Positions 18,938 to 28,596 of a DNA stretch of 64,000 bases are shown here, in pieces. The stretch is from Bacteroidota bacterium (lineage in GTDB: Bacteria > Bacteroidota > Bacteroidia > UKL13-3), in assembly GCA_027484685.1 (NCBI GenBank), contig JAIXSO010000048.1, positions 8,477 through 72,476 on the forward strand, in the 5' to 3' direction. The notes beneath the pieces were generated by a model. It did no database searches. It saw nothing but the letters and a program-made list of their open reading frames with translations, and had not been told where the DNA came from. The position numbers were made by a program, and so were the translations under genes. How positions within the stretch are numbered: the first letter of the stretch is position 1; every line of letters starts with the position of its first letter.

Positions 18938-19712
18938 TTATATTTTATCAAAAACTGCCATAAAACCTGAAACTGGTATTATTTTAGGAACTGGTTTAGG
19001 TGCTTTGGTTAACGATTGCGAAGTGGTAAATACCATCAATTATGAAGATATTCCACATTTTCCGATAAGCACAGTTGAAAGCCATAAAGGCAAACTAATT
19101 TTTGGCTATTTAAATAAAAAACCGGTGGTAATTATGCAAGGTAGGTTTCATTATTACGAAGGTTACAGCATGCAAGAAGTTACTTTTCCAGTAAGGGTTT
19201 TAAAATTTTTAGGTATAAATAAACTATTGATAAGCAATGCAGCGGGTGGATTGAACCGAAATTATCAAGTAAGCGAACTGATGCTTATAAACGACCATAT
19301 TAATTTATTGCCCGAATCGCCATTAAGAGGAAAACATTACCGTGAGTTTGGAGACAGATTTCCTGATATGTGTGAACCATATAACAAAACATTGCGCGAG
19401 CAAGCTTTAAATATTGCAACGCAAAACAATATTACACTCCATGAAGGTTGTTACGCATCGGTACAAGGACCAGCTTTAGAAACTAAGGCAGAGTATAAAA
19501 TGCTTAGCATAATGGGTGCTGACGCTGTTGGAATGAGTACTGTGCCCGAAGTTTTGGTGGCGGTACAAATGAAATTAGCAGTTTGTGCCATTTCGGTTAT
19601 TACCGATTTAGGATTTCCCGAAACTTTAAAACCAGTAAGTTTAGAAAAAATAATTGCGGCCGCTAACAAAGCTGAACCGCAATTAAGTAAATTATTTATG
19701 GAGTTGGTATAG
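18909..19712 (+). CDS. purine nucleoside phosphorylase (trimeric PNP family)
   Basis: GIILGTGLG, STVESHKGKL, MQGRFHYYEGY, ISNAAGGLN and VGMSTVPEV motifs. The start overlaps the lpxK end by 29 nt. Confidence 0.9.
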   Translation: MLNKINEATNYILSKTAIKPETGIILGTGLGALVNDCEVVNTINYEDIPHFPISTVESHKGKLIFGYLNKKPVVIMQGRFHYYEGYSMQEVTFPVRVLKFLGINKLLISNAAGGLNRNYQVSELMLINDHINLLPESPLRGKHYREFGDRFPDMCEPYNKTLREQALNIATQNNITLHEGCYASVQGPALETKAEYKMLSIMGADAVGMSTVPEVLVAVQMKLAVCAISVITDLGFPETLKPVSLEKIIAAANKAEPQLSKLFMELV

Positions 19713-19713
19713 C

Positions 19714-20709
19714 TCAAAGCTGCGCCACTTCCTGACTATAATGCTCTTCTACTTGACTTATAACTGCTAAAACTTCTTCTAATTTATTTAAGGTAACCAA
19801 TTTGGTTCTAAATTCTTTAAAATGATTTAAGCCTTTAAAATACGAAGTATAATGCCTGCGCATTTCTAAAACTCCTAAGCCTTCACCCTTCCACTCCACA
19901 CTTTTGGTTAAATGTTTGCGACACACTTCTACTCTTTGAGCAATAGTTGGTGCTGGCAATAATTGGCCTGTGGCCATGTAATGTTTTATTTCGTTAAAAA
20001 TCCAAGGATAACCAATAGCAGCGCGGCCTATCATTACACCATCAACGCCATATCGATTTTTATATTCTACCGCTTTTTCTGGGCTATCAATATCGCCATT
20101 ACCAAAAATTGGAATTTTAATATTTGGGTTGTTCTTAATTTTTCCAATCAAAGTCCAATCGGCTTCGCCTTTGTACATTTGAGCGCGCGTTCTACCATGA
20201 ATACTCAATGCGGCAATGCCTACATCTTGCAATCGTTTGGCTACATCTTCTACGTTTTTAGAGTTTTCGTCCCAACCCAAACGAGTTTTTACTGTAACTG
20301 GCAATTTAGTTGATTTTACAACTGCTTCGGTTAAACGAACCATGAGTTCAATATCTTTTAAAACTCCTGCTCCTGCTCCTTTACAAACCACTTTTTTTAC
20401 AGGGCAACCAAAATTAATATCCACTAAATCAGGATTTACTGTATCCACAATTTGTGTAGCCATGGCCATTGCTTCTTCATCGCCTCCAAAAATTTGAATA
20501 CCTATTGGTCGTTCATAATCGAAAATATCGAGTTTTTTTCTGCTTTTAATAGCATCTCTAATCAATCCTTCAGACGAAATAAACTCTGTGTACATAAGGT
20601 CTGCACCGTTATCTTTGCACACAGCTCTAAAAGGCGGATCACTCACATCTTCCATTGGGGCCAACAAAAGTGGAAAATCGCCTAATTCTATATTACCTAT
20701 TTTTACCAA
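19714..20709 (-). CDS. dusB: tRNA-dihydrouridine synthase
   Basis: LAPMEDVSD, INFGCPVKKV (catalytic Cys) and HGRTR motifs of the Dus family. Confidence 0.88.
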   Translation of the reverse strand: MVKIGNIELGDFPLLLAPMEDVSDPPFRAVCKDNGADLMYTEFISSEGLIRDAIKSRKKLDIFDYERPIGIQIFGGDEEAMAMATQIVDTVNPDLVDINFGCPVKKVVCKGAGAGVLKDIELMVRLTEAVVKSTKLPVTVKTRLGWDENSKNVEDVAKRLQDVGIAALSIHGRTRAQMYKGEADWTLIGKIKNNPNIKIPIFGNGDIDSPEKAVEYKNRYGVDGVMIGRAAIGYPWIFNEIKHYMATGQLLPAPTIAQRVEVCRKHLTKSVEWKGEGLGVLEMRRHYTSYFKGLNHFKEFRTKLVTLNKLEEVLAVISQVEEHYSQEVAQL

Positions 20710-20751
20710 TTATTTATTTTAAAATTATATTGCGCTCACAAAAATAACAAA

Positions 20752-21705
20752 ATGTTTAAGATACCCACATTTGCATCCAACCCAATTGTTTACTTTTTAT
20801 GGCAATTGCTCATACTAATTGGTATGGTTATAACCTTTTATATTGTTGGGGGTGTACTAAGTATTAGTATTACAAAAACATTTTTTGGAATTGATTTACA
20901 AAGTTCATTTTTTGATATAGTTAACCATCCAAGTGAATATCCACAAGGGGTTTTGGCTTTAAAGCTCAACCAAGGAATTATTTCAATTGCTATTTTTATA
21001 GTTCCAGCTATTTTATTTAGCAGGTCAATTAATCAAAATCCAGTTCATTTTTTACACCTAAAACATAAAACCCGTATTTATAATTATTTGTTTATAATCA
21101 TATTAATTATTTCGGCTATTCCAGTTTCCTCTTGGCTTTTGGAACTTAACCAAAATTTACATTTGCCAGATAGTTTAAAAGAGTTTGAAACTTATTTACG
21201 CGGTGACGAAGCTTTTAGTAAACTCCAATCTGAAGCTTTTGTTAGGGCCAATGGAATAGGACAATTGATTTTGAATATTTTTATTGTAGCCGTAATTCCT
21301 GCCATTGCTGAGGAAATATTTTTTAGAGGTTGCCTTCAAAATTTTGTGCGCATGTGTTTTTATAATTTACATGTATCAGTAATTTTTACAGCCATTATTT
21401 TTAGCGCTATTCATGGTGATTATTTTGGCTTTTTACCGCGATTTATGTTTGGTGTGGTTTTGGGCTATGCTTTTGCTTACAGTGGCAATATTTGGGTAAC
21501 AGTGTTAGGTCACTTTTTAAACAATACCATAACCATTTTGGCTTTTTATATTTCCGAAAAACATCCTGAAATTGAATATTTTAAAGATGATTATAATTTT
21601 CCAATTTATTTAACAGCAATAGCGGCTTTTGGAGTGGTTATTGTTTTATTTGCAATGAGTAAACTAAGGTTTAACCAAATATTTATAAAACATACAAATG
21701 ATTGA
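20752..21705 (+). CDS. CPBP (CAAX) family intramembrane glutamic endopeptidase
   Basis: Polytopic membrane protein with the EEIFFRG motif, then FSAIHG and a later HFLNN motif. Confidence 0.8.
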   Translation: MFKIPTFASNPIVYFLWQLLILIGMVITFYIVGGVLSISITKTFFGIDLQSSFFDIVNHPSEYPQGVLALKLNQGIISIAIFIVPAILFSRSINQNPVHFLHLKHKTRIYNYLFIIILIISAIPVSSWLLELNQNLHLPDSLKEFETYLRGDEAFSKLQSEAFVRANGIGQLILNIFIVAVIPAIAEEIFFRGCLQNFVRMCFYNLHVSVIFTAIIFSAIHGDYFGFLPRFMFGVVLGYAFAYSGNIWVTVLGHFLNNTITILAFYISEKHPEIEYFKDDYNFPIYLTAIAAFGVVIVLFAMSKLRFNQIFIKHTND

Positions 21706-21904
21706 TTGGGTAAAGGTTACAGAGGTAAAAGATATTTTCACCTCGCAAAACATCATCACATTTTTGGCTGAAAATGGCATTGAGGCATCAGAAATTAATA
21801 AAACCGATAGCAGCTATGCGGGCGCTTTTGGAAAAATTGAAATATATTGCCACCAAGAAGATGCGGTTACTGCCTTGCATTTAATTGAAAAAAATAAAAT
21901 TTAA
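21698..21904 (+). CDS. DUF2007-like small protein (putative signal-transducing domain)
   Basis: 68 aa. ATGA-type 8-nt overlap with the upstream CPBP gene. The pattern W..V......A..I...L...GI.......D resembles DUF2007. Confidence 0.55.
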   Translation: MIDWVKVTEVKDIFTSQNIITFLAENGIEASEINKTDSSYAGAFGKIEIYCHQEDAVTALHLIEKNKI

Positions 21905-21918
21905 CGTAAAACTATATC

Positions 21919-22737
21919 ATGAGTAATTTTTGGCAAAGAGCCATTACAGGTTTCTTTTTTGTATTAGCCATTGTGCTTTGCACAATAATGAACGAATGGG
22001 CTTTTTATATTTTGCTATTTGCAATCAATTTTTTGTGCTTGCGCGAATTTTATCAATTAATGCTGCCCGATAAAAACTGGATTGAGCAATATTTAGGCGT
22101 AATAGCAGGAAGTATTATCAATATTATGTTTGCCTTGATTATTAGAAACGATTGGGATTTTAGTTGGTTTTACCATTTAATTCCTGTGTTTTTATTGATG
22201 ATAATTATAAAGCTTTTTGAAAAAACCAAACGTGAGTTTGATACCTTGGCTTATCAAGTTTTAGGTATTATTTATATCTGTTTCCCATTAAGCATGTTGG
22301 CCGATTTTGGTCGTTTTAACAGTTTAACTTACGATGGAGCCTTGCCAATTGGTTTCTTTATTATGCTTTGGACTTGCGATACTGGCGCATACTTAGTTGG
22401 CCGAAAACTTGGTAAACGCAAATTGTTTGAACGCATTAGCCCTAAAAAAACTTGGGAAGGCAGCATGGGTGCGGCTTTATTTGTAATTTTAGTAGCATTT
22501 GTTTTTACCCAATTTGATTATTTTGATATTTTGGAACTTCACGAATGGATTATTTTTGGTATTTTAACTTTAATATTTGGCACCTTTGGCGATTTAACCG
22601 AATCGCTTTTAAAACGCAATATTGATGTTAAAGATTCAGGTAATTTACTACCTGGGCATGGTGGTGTTTTAGATAGATTTGACGGCTTATTTTTAGCTGT
22701 TCCTGCAGTGTACTTTTATTTAATTTTTACTACATAA
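21919..22737 (+). CDS. cdsA: phosphatidate cytidylyltransferase
   Basis: C-terminal signature SLLKRNIDVKDSGNLLPGHGGVLDRFD. Polytopic membrane protein. Confidence 0.9.
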   Translation: MSNFWQRAITGFFFVLAIVLCTIMNEWAFYILLFAINFLCLREFYQLMLPDKNWIEQYLGVIAGSIINIMFALIIRNDWDFSWFYHLIPVFLLMIIIKLFEKTKREFDTLAYQVLGIIYICFPLSMLADFGRFNSLTYDGALPIGFFIMLWTCDTGAYLVGRKLGKRKLFERISPKKTWEGSMGAALFVILVAFVFTQFDYFDILELHEWIIFGILTLIFGTFGDLTESLLKRNIDVKDSGNLLPGHGGVLDRFDGLFLAVPAVYFYLIFTT

Positions 22738-22750
22738 ATAGCTTTCGTAA

Positions 22751-23530
22751 ATGATAAAAGCTTTGGTAAGTAAAGTTTACCACGATACTGAAAACAACAA
22801 AATAGAAAACATAAAATTGCAAGCTTTTATAGTTTGTATAGCTTCGGCAGTTTGTATCAGTTTAGATGAGTATTTTGGTCAAGCTAACTTTACTTTTGAT
22901 TTTTTACACCAAGTGGGTTTACATAAAATAGCCGATGCTTATGCCAATATAGTGAACGATAAATTATATGCCTTGGCTTGTTGGGTTGGCGTAATAGTTT
23001 TGTTTTATGGCTTGGTGCCTTTGGCAATTATCAAATTTGTATTTAAAGATAAATTTTCGAACTATGGTTTAGGAATAAAAGGCGCTTTAAAAGATTACAA
23101 AATTTACCTTTTAATGATTGCTATTATGATGCCTTTGGTGTTTACAGCCTCATTTACCGAAAGTTTTCAGCATAAATATCCTTTTTACAAATTGCAAGCT
23201 GGCGAAGGATTATATCCACGTTTTTTAGCTTGGGAATTGCTTTATTTAATTCAATTTTTTGCGGTGGAGTTTTTCTTTCGAGGGTTTATGGTGCATGGCA
23301 ATAAAAAGCGTTTTGGCTTTTACAGCATTTTAGTAATGACTATTCCATACTGTATGATTCATTTTGGAAAACCCTTACCCGAAACCTTAGCCGCTATTAT
23401 TGCAGGATTGGTACTTGGCGTACTGAGTTTAAAAAGCAATAGCATTTGGTTGGGTGTAGCCATTCATTTTTCAGTAGCTATCACCATGGATTTTTGCTCA
23501 CTTTGGCAAAATGGTTTTTTGTTTAAATAA
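22751..23530 (+). CDS. CPBP (CAAX) family intramembrane protease, second copy
   Basis: Membrane protein with VEFFFRGF, then IHFGK and a late HFSVA motif. Confidence 0.7.
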   Translation: MIKALVSKVYHDTENNKIENIKLQAFIVCIASAVCISLDEYFGQANFTFDFLHQVGLHKIADAYANIVNDKLYALACWVGVIVLFYGLVPLAIIKFVFKDKFSNYGLGIKGALKDYKIYLLMIAIMMPLVFTASFTESFQHKYPFYKLQAGEGLYPRFLAWELLYLIQFFAVEFFFRGFMVHGNKKRFGFYSILVMTIPYCMIHFGKPLPETLAAIIAGLVLGVLSLKSNSIWLGVAIHFSVAITMDFCSLWQNGFLFK

Positions 23531-23577
23531 TTCATGATAACATAAAAAGAGACAGTCTCAAAAGTCTCAAATTGGTA

Positions 23578-23646
23578 GTCAGTTCGAGCGAAGTCGAGAA
23601 CTTAATATGCACGTTTTCAAAACATTTCGACTCCGCTCAATGTGAC
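23578..23646. repeat. GTCA...TGAC palindromic hairpin repeat, copy A
   Basis: gtcagttcgagcgaagtcgagaac-(23 nt)-tttcgactccgctcaatgtgac. The arms are near-identical to the copies at 44595..44645 and 52463..52520. Confidence 0.85.
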
Positions 23647-23686
23647 AAAAAACGAAAAGGTTGTCCTTTTGAGACAACCTCTTTTT
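23647..23686 (-). terminator. rho-independent terminator after fumC (possibly bidirectional)
   Basis: 8-bp stem aggttgtc (23658..23665) / gacaacct (23673..23680). The tail is T-rich on the minus strand (tttcgtttttt) and also on the plus strand (ctttttc). Confidence 0.7.
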
Positions 23687-23707
23687 CGGTTATTTAATAT
23701 GTTTCGA

Positions 23708-25102
23708 CTATAAGTTTCCAACCATATTTTCTGGTTTAACCCAAGCGGTAAATTCTTCGCTGGTTAAGTAACCTAACTCTACTGCTGCTTCGCGTAAAGT
23801 TTTGTTTTCTTTATGTGCTTTCTTAGCAATTTTAGCTGCTTTTTCGTAACCAATATGTGGGTTTAAAGCGGTAACCAACATCAATGAATTTTCCAAATGA
23901 CGTTGAATAATATCGTTGTTGGCTTCAATACCAATGGCACATTTATCGTTAAACGAAACGCAAGCATCTCCAATTAAACGTGCACTTTGTAATACGTTTG
24001 CTGCCATAACTGGTTTGAAAACATTTAATTCAAAATGTCCGTTCATGCCACCAACAGTAACTGCCACATCGTTTCCAATAACCTGGGCGCAAACCATGGT
24101 CATTGCTTCTGGTTGTGTTGGATTTACTTTACCTGGCATAATAGATGAACCTGGTTCGTTATCAGGAATGATAATTTCGCCAATACCGCTACGTGGACCA
24201 GAAGATAACATACGGATATCGTTGGCAATTTTCATTAGCGAAACCGCTGTACGTTTCAATGCACCGCTTAATTCAACCATGGCATCATGAGCTGCTAATG
24301 CTTCAAACTTGTTTGGAGCAGTAACAAAAGGAAAGCCTGTAAATTCTGCAATTTTTTTAGCTACCAATACATCATAACCTTTAGGAGCATTTAAACCCGT
24401 TCCTACTGCTGTTCCACCCAAAGCCAATTCTAAAATCATGGTTAGCGCATTATTGATTGCTCTGATGGAGTTATCAATTTGTTGTACATAACCACTAAAT
24501 TCTTGACCTAAAGTTAAAGGCGTAGCATCCATAAAATGGGTTCTACCTGTTTTAACTATGTTCTTAAAATCTTTTGCTTTTTTATCTAAAGTATTGCGCA
24601 ATAAAGTTAAACCTGGCAAAGTAATTTCAACCACCTGCTTGTATGATGCAATGTGCATAGCAGTTGGGAAAGTATCATTACTAGATTGCGATTTGTTTAC
24701 ATCATCGTTTGGATGTAAAACTTTATTTTCGTCTAATAAATTACCACCATTTAAAACATGTGCGCGGTTGGCAATTACCTCGTTTGAGTTCATGTTACTT
24801 TGTGTTCCACTGCCAGTTTGCCAAATTACCAACGGAAACTCTCCATCATGCATTCCAGTTAAAATTTCATCACAAACTTTGCTAATCAAATCGCGTTTTT
24901 CAGCGGGCAATACACCTAAATCGGTATTGGCATGAGCGGCTGCTTTTTTTAAGTAAGCAAATGCGTGAATAATCTCCTTTGGCATGCTAGCCTCTGGACC
25001 AATTTTAAAGTTATTGCGGCTACGCTCTGTTTGTGCACCCCAATATTTTTCGGCAGGTACTTGCACCTCGCCCATGGTATCGTGTTCTATTCTGTATGTC
25101 AT
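23708..25102 (-). CDS. fumC: class II fumarate hydratase
   Basis: 464 aa. Signature [14 protein letters not shown]-terminus [26 protein letters not shown]. Confidence 0.96.
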   Translation of the reverse strand: MTYRIEHDTMGEVQVPAEKYWGAQTERSRNNFKIGPEASMPKEIIHAFAYLKKAAAHANTDLGVLPAEKRDLISKVCDEILTGMHDGEFPLVIWQTGSGTQSNMNSNEVIANRAHVLNGGNLLDENKVLHPNDDVNKSQSSNDTFPTAMHIASYKQVVEITLPGLTLLRNTLDKKAKDFKNIVKTGRTHFMDATPLTLGQEFSGYVQQIDNSIRAINNALTMILELALGGTAVGTGLNAPKGYDVLVAKKIAEFTGFPFVTAPNKFEALAAHDAMVELSGALKRTAVSLMKIANDIRMLSSGPRSGIGEIIIPDNEPGSSIMPGKVNPTQPEAMTMVCAQVIGNDVAVTVGGMNGHFELNVFKPVMAANVLQSARLIGDACVSFNDKCAIGIEANNDIIQRHLENSLMLVTALNPHIGYEKAAKIAKKAHKENKTLREAAVELGYLTSEEFTAWVKPENMVGNL

Positions 25103-25107
25103 ATTCT

Positions 25108-25273
25108 TGCTTCTAGCCGCTAGCTTCTGGCCGCTGGCTGTTTGTTAATATATTATAATTGTTTTTACTTTTTTAGCTTCTGGCAGCTGGCTAATTTTTA
25201 TTTGTTTAAATTATTTTACTCTTTTCTTAACTAATTTTTTTGGCTAGAGGCTAGCTGCCAGCAGCCAGAGGCA
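25108..25273. repeat. three CTGGC/GCCAGAAGC-type word blocks filling the fumC-pgk spacer
   Basis: Blocks at 25108..25140 (ttgcttctagccgctagcttctggccgctggctg), 25175..25193 (agcttctggcagctggcta) and 25242..25273 (ggctagaggctagctgccagcagccagaggca, opposite orientation). Related blocks at 651..674, 54087..54112 and 57727..57759. Confidence 0.8.
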
Positions 25274-25274
25274 A

Positions 25275-26489
25275 TTAGTTGTTAATGGCAGCTATCCCAG
25301 GTAATTCTTTCCCCTCAAAATACTCAAGCAATGCACCACCACCTGTACTCACATAACTTACTTGGTCTTCAAAGCCAAATTTAGCTACTGCAGCAGCACT
25401 ATCTCCCCCACCAATTAAGCTAAATGCACCATTTTTAGTAGCTTCAACTACTGCAATGGCAACGCTTTTTGTTCCATTTTCAAAATTGCTCATTTCAAAA
25501 ACACCCATTGGACCATTCCACAAAATGGTTTTAGAGTTTTTGATTACATCAGCAAAAGTTTGGCTTGCTTCAGTTCCAATATCTAAACCCATCCAACCGG
25601 TTTCAATTTTATGGTTGCTGCAATTTTTAAAATTAGCATCATTGCCAAATTTATCAGCAACCACCGAATCGGCTGGCAATAAAAGTTTAACGCCTTTGGC
25701 TTCCGCTTTTTTCAATAAATCTAAACAAAGTTCCAATCTATCATCTTCGCAAAGCGATGAACCAATTTCGTAACCTTGCGCCTTTAAAAATGTATAAGCC
25801 ATTCCGCCACCAATAATGATGTTATCAACGCTATTGATTAAATTTTCGATGATTAATAATTTATCAGAAACCTTAGCACCACCTGTAATAGCCGTGAATG
25901 GACGCTCTGCATTTTTCATTACCTTTTCGGCATTAGCAACTTCGTTTGCCATTACATAACCAAAACATTTTTCAGTTGGGAAAAATTGTGCTATAATAGC
26001 AGTACTTGCATGGGCACGGTGTGCAGTTCCAAATGCATCGTTTACATATACATTTCCCAGTTTGCTTAATTTTTCAGCAAAACCCACATCACCTTTTTCT
26101 TCTTCTTTATAAAAACGTAAATTCTCCAATAATAAAATTTCTCCAGCTTTTAAATTAGCTGCTTTATCAATTGCTTCTTGACCTATACAATCATTGGCGA
26201 ACTGAACATTTACACCAAATAATTCAGAAGCAGTAGCAATTACATGTTTTAACGAGTGCTTTTCAAAATCAACTGTTCCGTCTTCTTTTAATTTTTTAAG
26301 TGGGCGACCTAAATGACTCATCAAAATACAAGAACCGCCATCGGCCAATATTTTTTTAATAGTTGGCACTGTAGCACGTATGCGCGCATCGTCAGTTACA
26401 GCAAGCGTTTGTTTGTCTAGTGGCACATTAAAATCAACACGTACAAGTGCTTTTTTACCACTAAAATTAATTGAATCAACTGTTTTCAT
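25275..26489 (-). CDS. pgk: phosphoglycerate kinase
   Basis: From the ATG at 26489: [25 protein letters not shown], the canonical Pgk N-terminus. The 31 extra codons in the track ORF (to 26582) are hydrophobic or low-complexity and not Pgk-like. Confidence 0.95.
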   Translation of the reverse strand: MKTVDSINFSGKKALVRVDFNVPLDKQTLAVTDDARIRATVPTIKKILADGGSCILMSHLGRPLKKLKEDGTVDFEKHSLKHVIATASELFGVNVQFANDCIGQEAIDKAANLKAGEILLLENLRFYKEEEKGDVGFAEKLSKLGNVYVNDAFGTAHRAHASTAIIAQFFPTEKCFGYVMANEVANAEKVMKNAERPFTAITGGAKVSDKLLIIENLINSVDNIIIGGGMAYTFLKAQGYEIGSSLCEDDRLELCLDLLKKAEAKGVKLLLPADSVVADKFGNDANFKNCSNHKIETGWMGLDIGTEASQTFADVIKNSKTILWNGPMGVFEMSNFENGTKSVAIAVVEATKNGAFSLIGGGDSAAAVAKFGFEDQVSYVSTGGGALLEYFEGKELPGIAAINN

Positions 26490-26758
26490 GTATTTTATAT
26501 TTTTGATGTTGCGAAAATAGGATTTATACAAAATAAAACTAACGACTAAAATCAGTAAATAGCATTTAAAAGACATGAACAAAAACGTAATTGCTATGAA
26601 ATAGTAATGTAGTAATATTAAATGGAAAGATTAAATTAAAGTAAACATATTTCACTTCATCAATACACTTTAATCTTTTATTATTTAGCACTTTATATTA
26701 ACTAACATTCATTATTAAAAGAATATAAATATGTTTTTGTAATTTTTATAAAATATAA

Positions 26759-27790
26759 ATGACCTACTACATTCTGAAACAACCAACAATTTGGTCCTTA
26801 TTCCATTGAAAACCTTAAACATTATGTAGAAAATGGAAACGTACTTTTGTCGGATATAATAGAGAGTTCAACCAACGAAGAGCTTAATGTGAGGACAATT
26901 TTAAAGATGCAAAATGTAAACTATAAAATAAAAAATAATGGAAGTGTTATCAATCAAATTAAACTTATTGATAAGGATTTAATTATTCCGAAAGTGGATT
27001 TTATAAAGAAGGATATTTTAAACGATAAACGACTCATTTATTTATCATTATTTGGTTTAGCTCCCACATTTTTAATTAAATTTACTTTTAGTTCTTGGTT
27101 TACTTTTTATGCCATTGCATTGTACTTTTCTGCTATTTGGGGAATATTTTTTACTATGTTTTTAAAACCAATCAAGTAAAAACAAAACAACCATTTTACT
27201 TTTTTTTGCAACACAACTCGCAGCTTATTTTTTAGCCAATTTACATCTTTTGCAAGGCATAAGTACATTGTATTCCTTAACCAATTCAGATTCCATTTTT
27301 TTAAGGCTAGTAGGCTTTTTATTTGGTGTTGGCTTACTAGAAGAAACAATTAAAGCACTTCCTAATTTTCTTTATTTTAAAATTATCAAAATAACCACTA
27401 ATACCTCAAACTATAGCATATTATGGATTGATGTCGGGCATTGGTTTTGGAGTGTTAGAAGGCGTTTTATATCAAACTACTTTAAATACAGAATTAGGCT
27501 ATAATGAAGCTTTTTTTATGAATATAGCAAGGCTTACTTCATGGCCATTTTTACGTGCAATTTGGGCTGACGTTTCTGCTTATTTTTTATCACTTGTTTT
27601 TTTGTAACTTTTTAATCGTAAAAGTTTATATGTTTTGACCATAGCTATTCCTACTATTCTTAATGGTTTATACGACACTTTTGGATGAAGTATTTTAGGC
27701 TTGACACCAACCATTATTTCATTAATATTGCTCATATTTTACTTGATGAGAAGTAGCAAATTTCAATCTAAATTTTTAAATAATATATAA
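26759..27790 (+). pseudogene. decayed GYF_2-domain / PrsW-family intramembrane protease gene (at least 3 frameshifts and 2 in-frame stops)
   Basis: The reading frame must be switched near 26778, 27150..27180 and 27385..27395. In-frame TAA at 27605 and TGA at 27686. The pieces read MTYYILK|NNQQFGPYSIENLKHYVENGNVLLSD (GYF_2-like), LLEETIKALP (PrsW EExxK motif), YYGLMSGIGFGVLEGVLYQ and NGLYDTFG*. Confidence 0.65.
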
Positions 27791-27798
27791 CAGTATCA

Positions 27799-28596
27799 AT
27801 GAACGAATTATTACAAACTGCAACAAGCCTTTGGCAAGAAATTACTAATAATCCAGGAACTTCATTAGCAATTATTGGCAATCTAATTATAATAGAAAGT
27901 TTATTGTCGGTAGATAATGCTGCTGTATTAGCAACTATGGTAATGGATCTGCCTAAAGAACAGAGAGATAAAGCTTTAAAATTTGGAATTTTTGGAGCAT
28001 ACTTTTTTCGTGGTTTGGCAATGCTATTTGCTGCCGTTTTAATTAAAATTTGGTGGTTAAAACCATTGGGTGGTCTATACTTATTGTACTTAGTTTACGA
28101 TTGGTATAAAGGAAAACAATCAGAAACAAAAGAAGATGATTTAATAGATAAAAATAGCAACTGGCTTTATAAAATGACGGTTGGCTCTTTGGGCAATTTT
28201 TGGGCTACAGTTTGTTTGGTAGAACTTATGGACATGGCTTTTTCTATTGACAATGTTTTTGCGGCTGTTGCGTTTACGCCTAACATTATTTTGGTATGTA
28301 TTGGAGTATTTATTGGAATTTTAGCAATGAGATTTATTGCCCAATGGTTTGTTAAATTAATGGAAAAATATAACTTCTTAGAAACAGCTGCATTTATTGT
28401 TATTGGTATTTTAGGACTTAAATTATTGTTATCTCTTTACGAACATTTTTACCCAACTAGTTACATTAGCGAATTTTTTGGAAGCCATACTGCTGATATT
28501 GGTATTTCAATTCTAACAGTAGCAATTTTCTTTGTACCTATATTAACCAGTTTATTTTTTAATTGGCCAGCTAAAAGCAAAATCGAAAATGAATAG
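27799..28596 (+). CDS. TerC-family (DUF475-like) integral membrane protein
   Basis: Two SxDN motifs (LLSVDNAAVLATMV and FSIDNVFAAVAF) in a polytopic membrane protein. Confidence 0.8.
   Translation: MNELLQTATSLWQEITNNPGTSLAIIGNLIIIESLLSVDNAAVLATMVMDLPKEQRDKALKFGIFGAYFFRGLAMLFAAVLIKIWWLKPLGGLYLLYLVYDWYKGKQSETKEDDLIDKNSNWLYKMTVGSLGNFWATVCLVELMDMAFSIDNVFAAVAFTPNIILVCIGVFIGILAMRFIAQWFVKLMEKYNFLETAAFIVIGILGLKLLLSLYEHFYPTSYISEFFGSHTADIGISILTVAIFFVPILTSLFFNWPAKSKIENE

Noticed and set aside
26490-26582. 31-codon N-terminal extension of pgk in the ORF track ([31 protein letters not shown]).
   Set aside because: Pgk is cytoplasmic, and the canonical N-terminus MKTVDSINF... starts at the internal ATG (26489). 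The extension is hydrophobic, low-complexity sequence read from the AT-rich promoter region.
27107-27504. Track ORFs 27107..27349 (-) and 27250..27504 (+) as independent genes.
   Set aside because: The plus-strand piece is one fragment of the frameshifted PrsW-family pseudogene. The minus-strand ORF is an antisense shadow with no recognisable features.
27700-27798. Looked for a yybP-ykoY (manganese) riboswitch upstream of the TerC-family gene.
   Set aside because: The upstream sequence is the 3' tail of the pseudogene, only 8 nt separate it from the TerC start, and I saw none of the conserved riboswitch core. Not supported.
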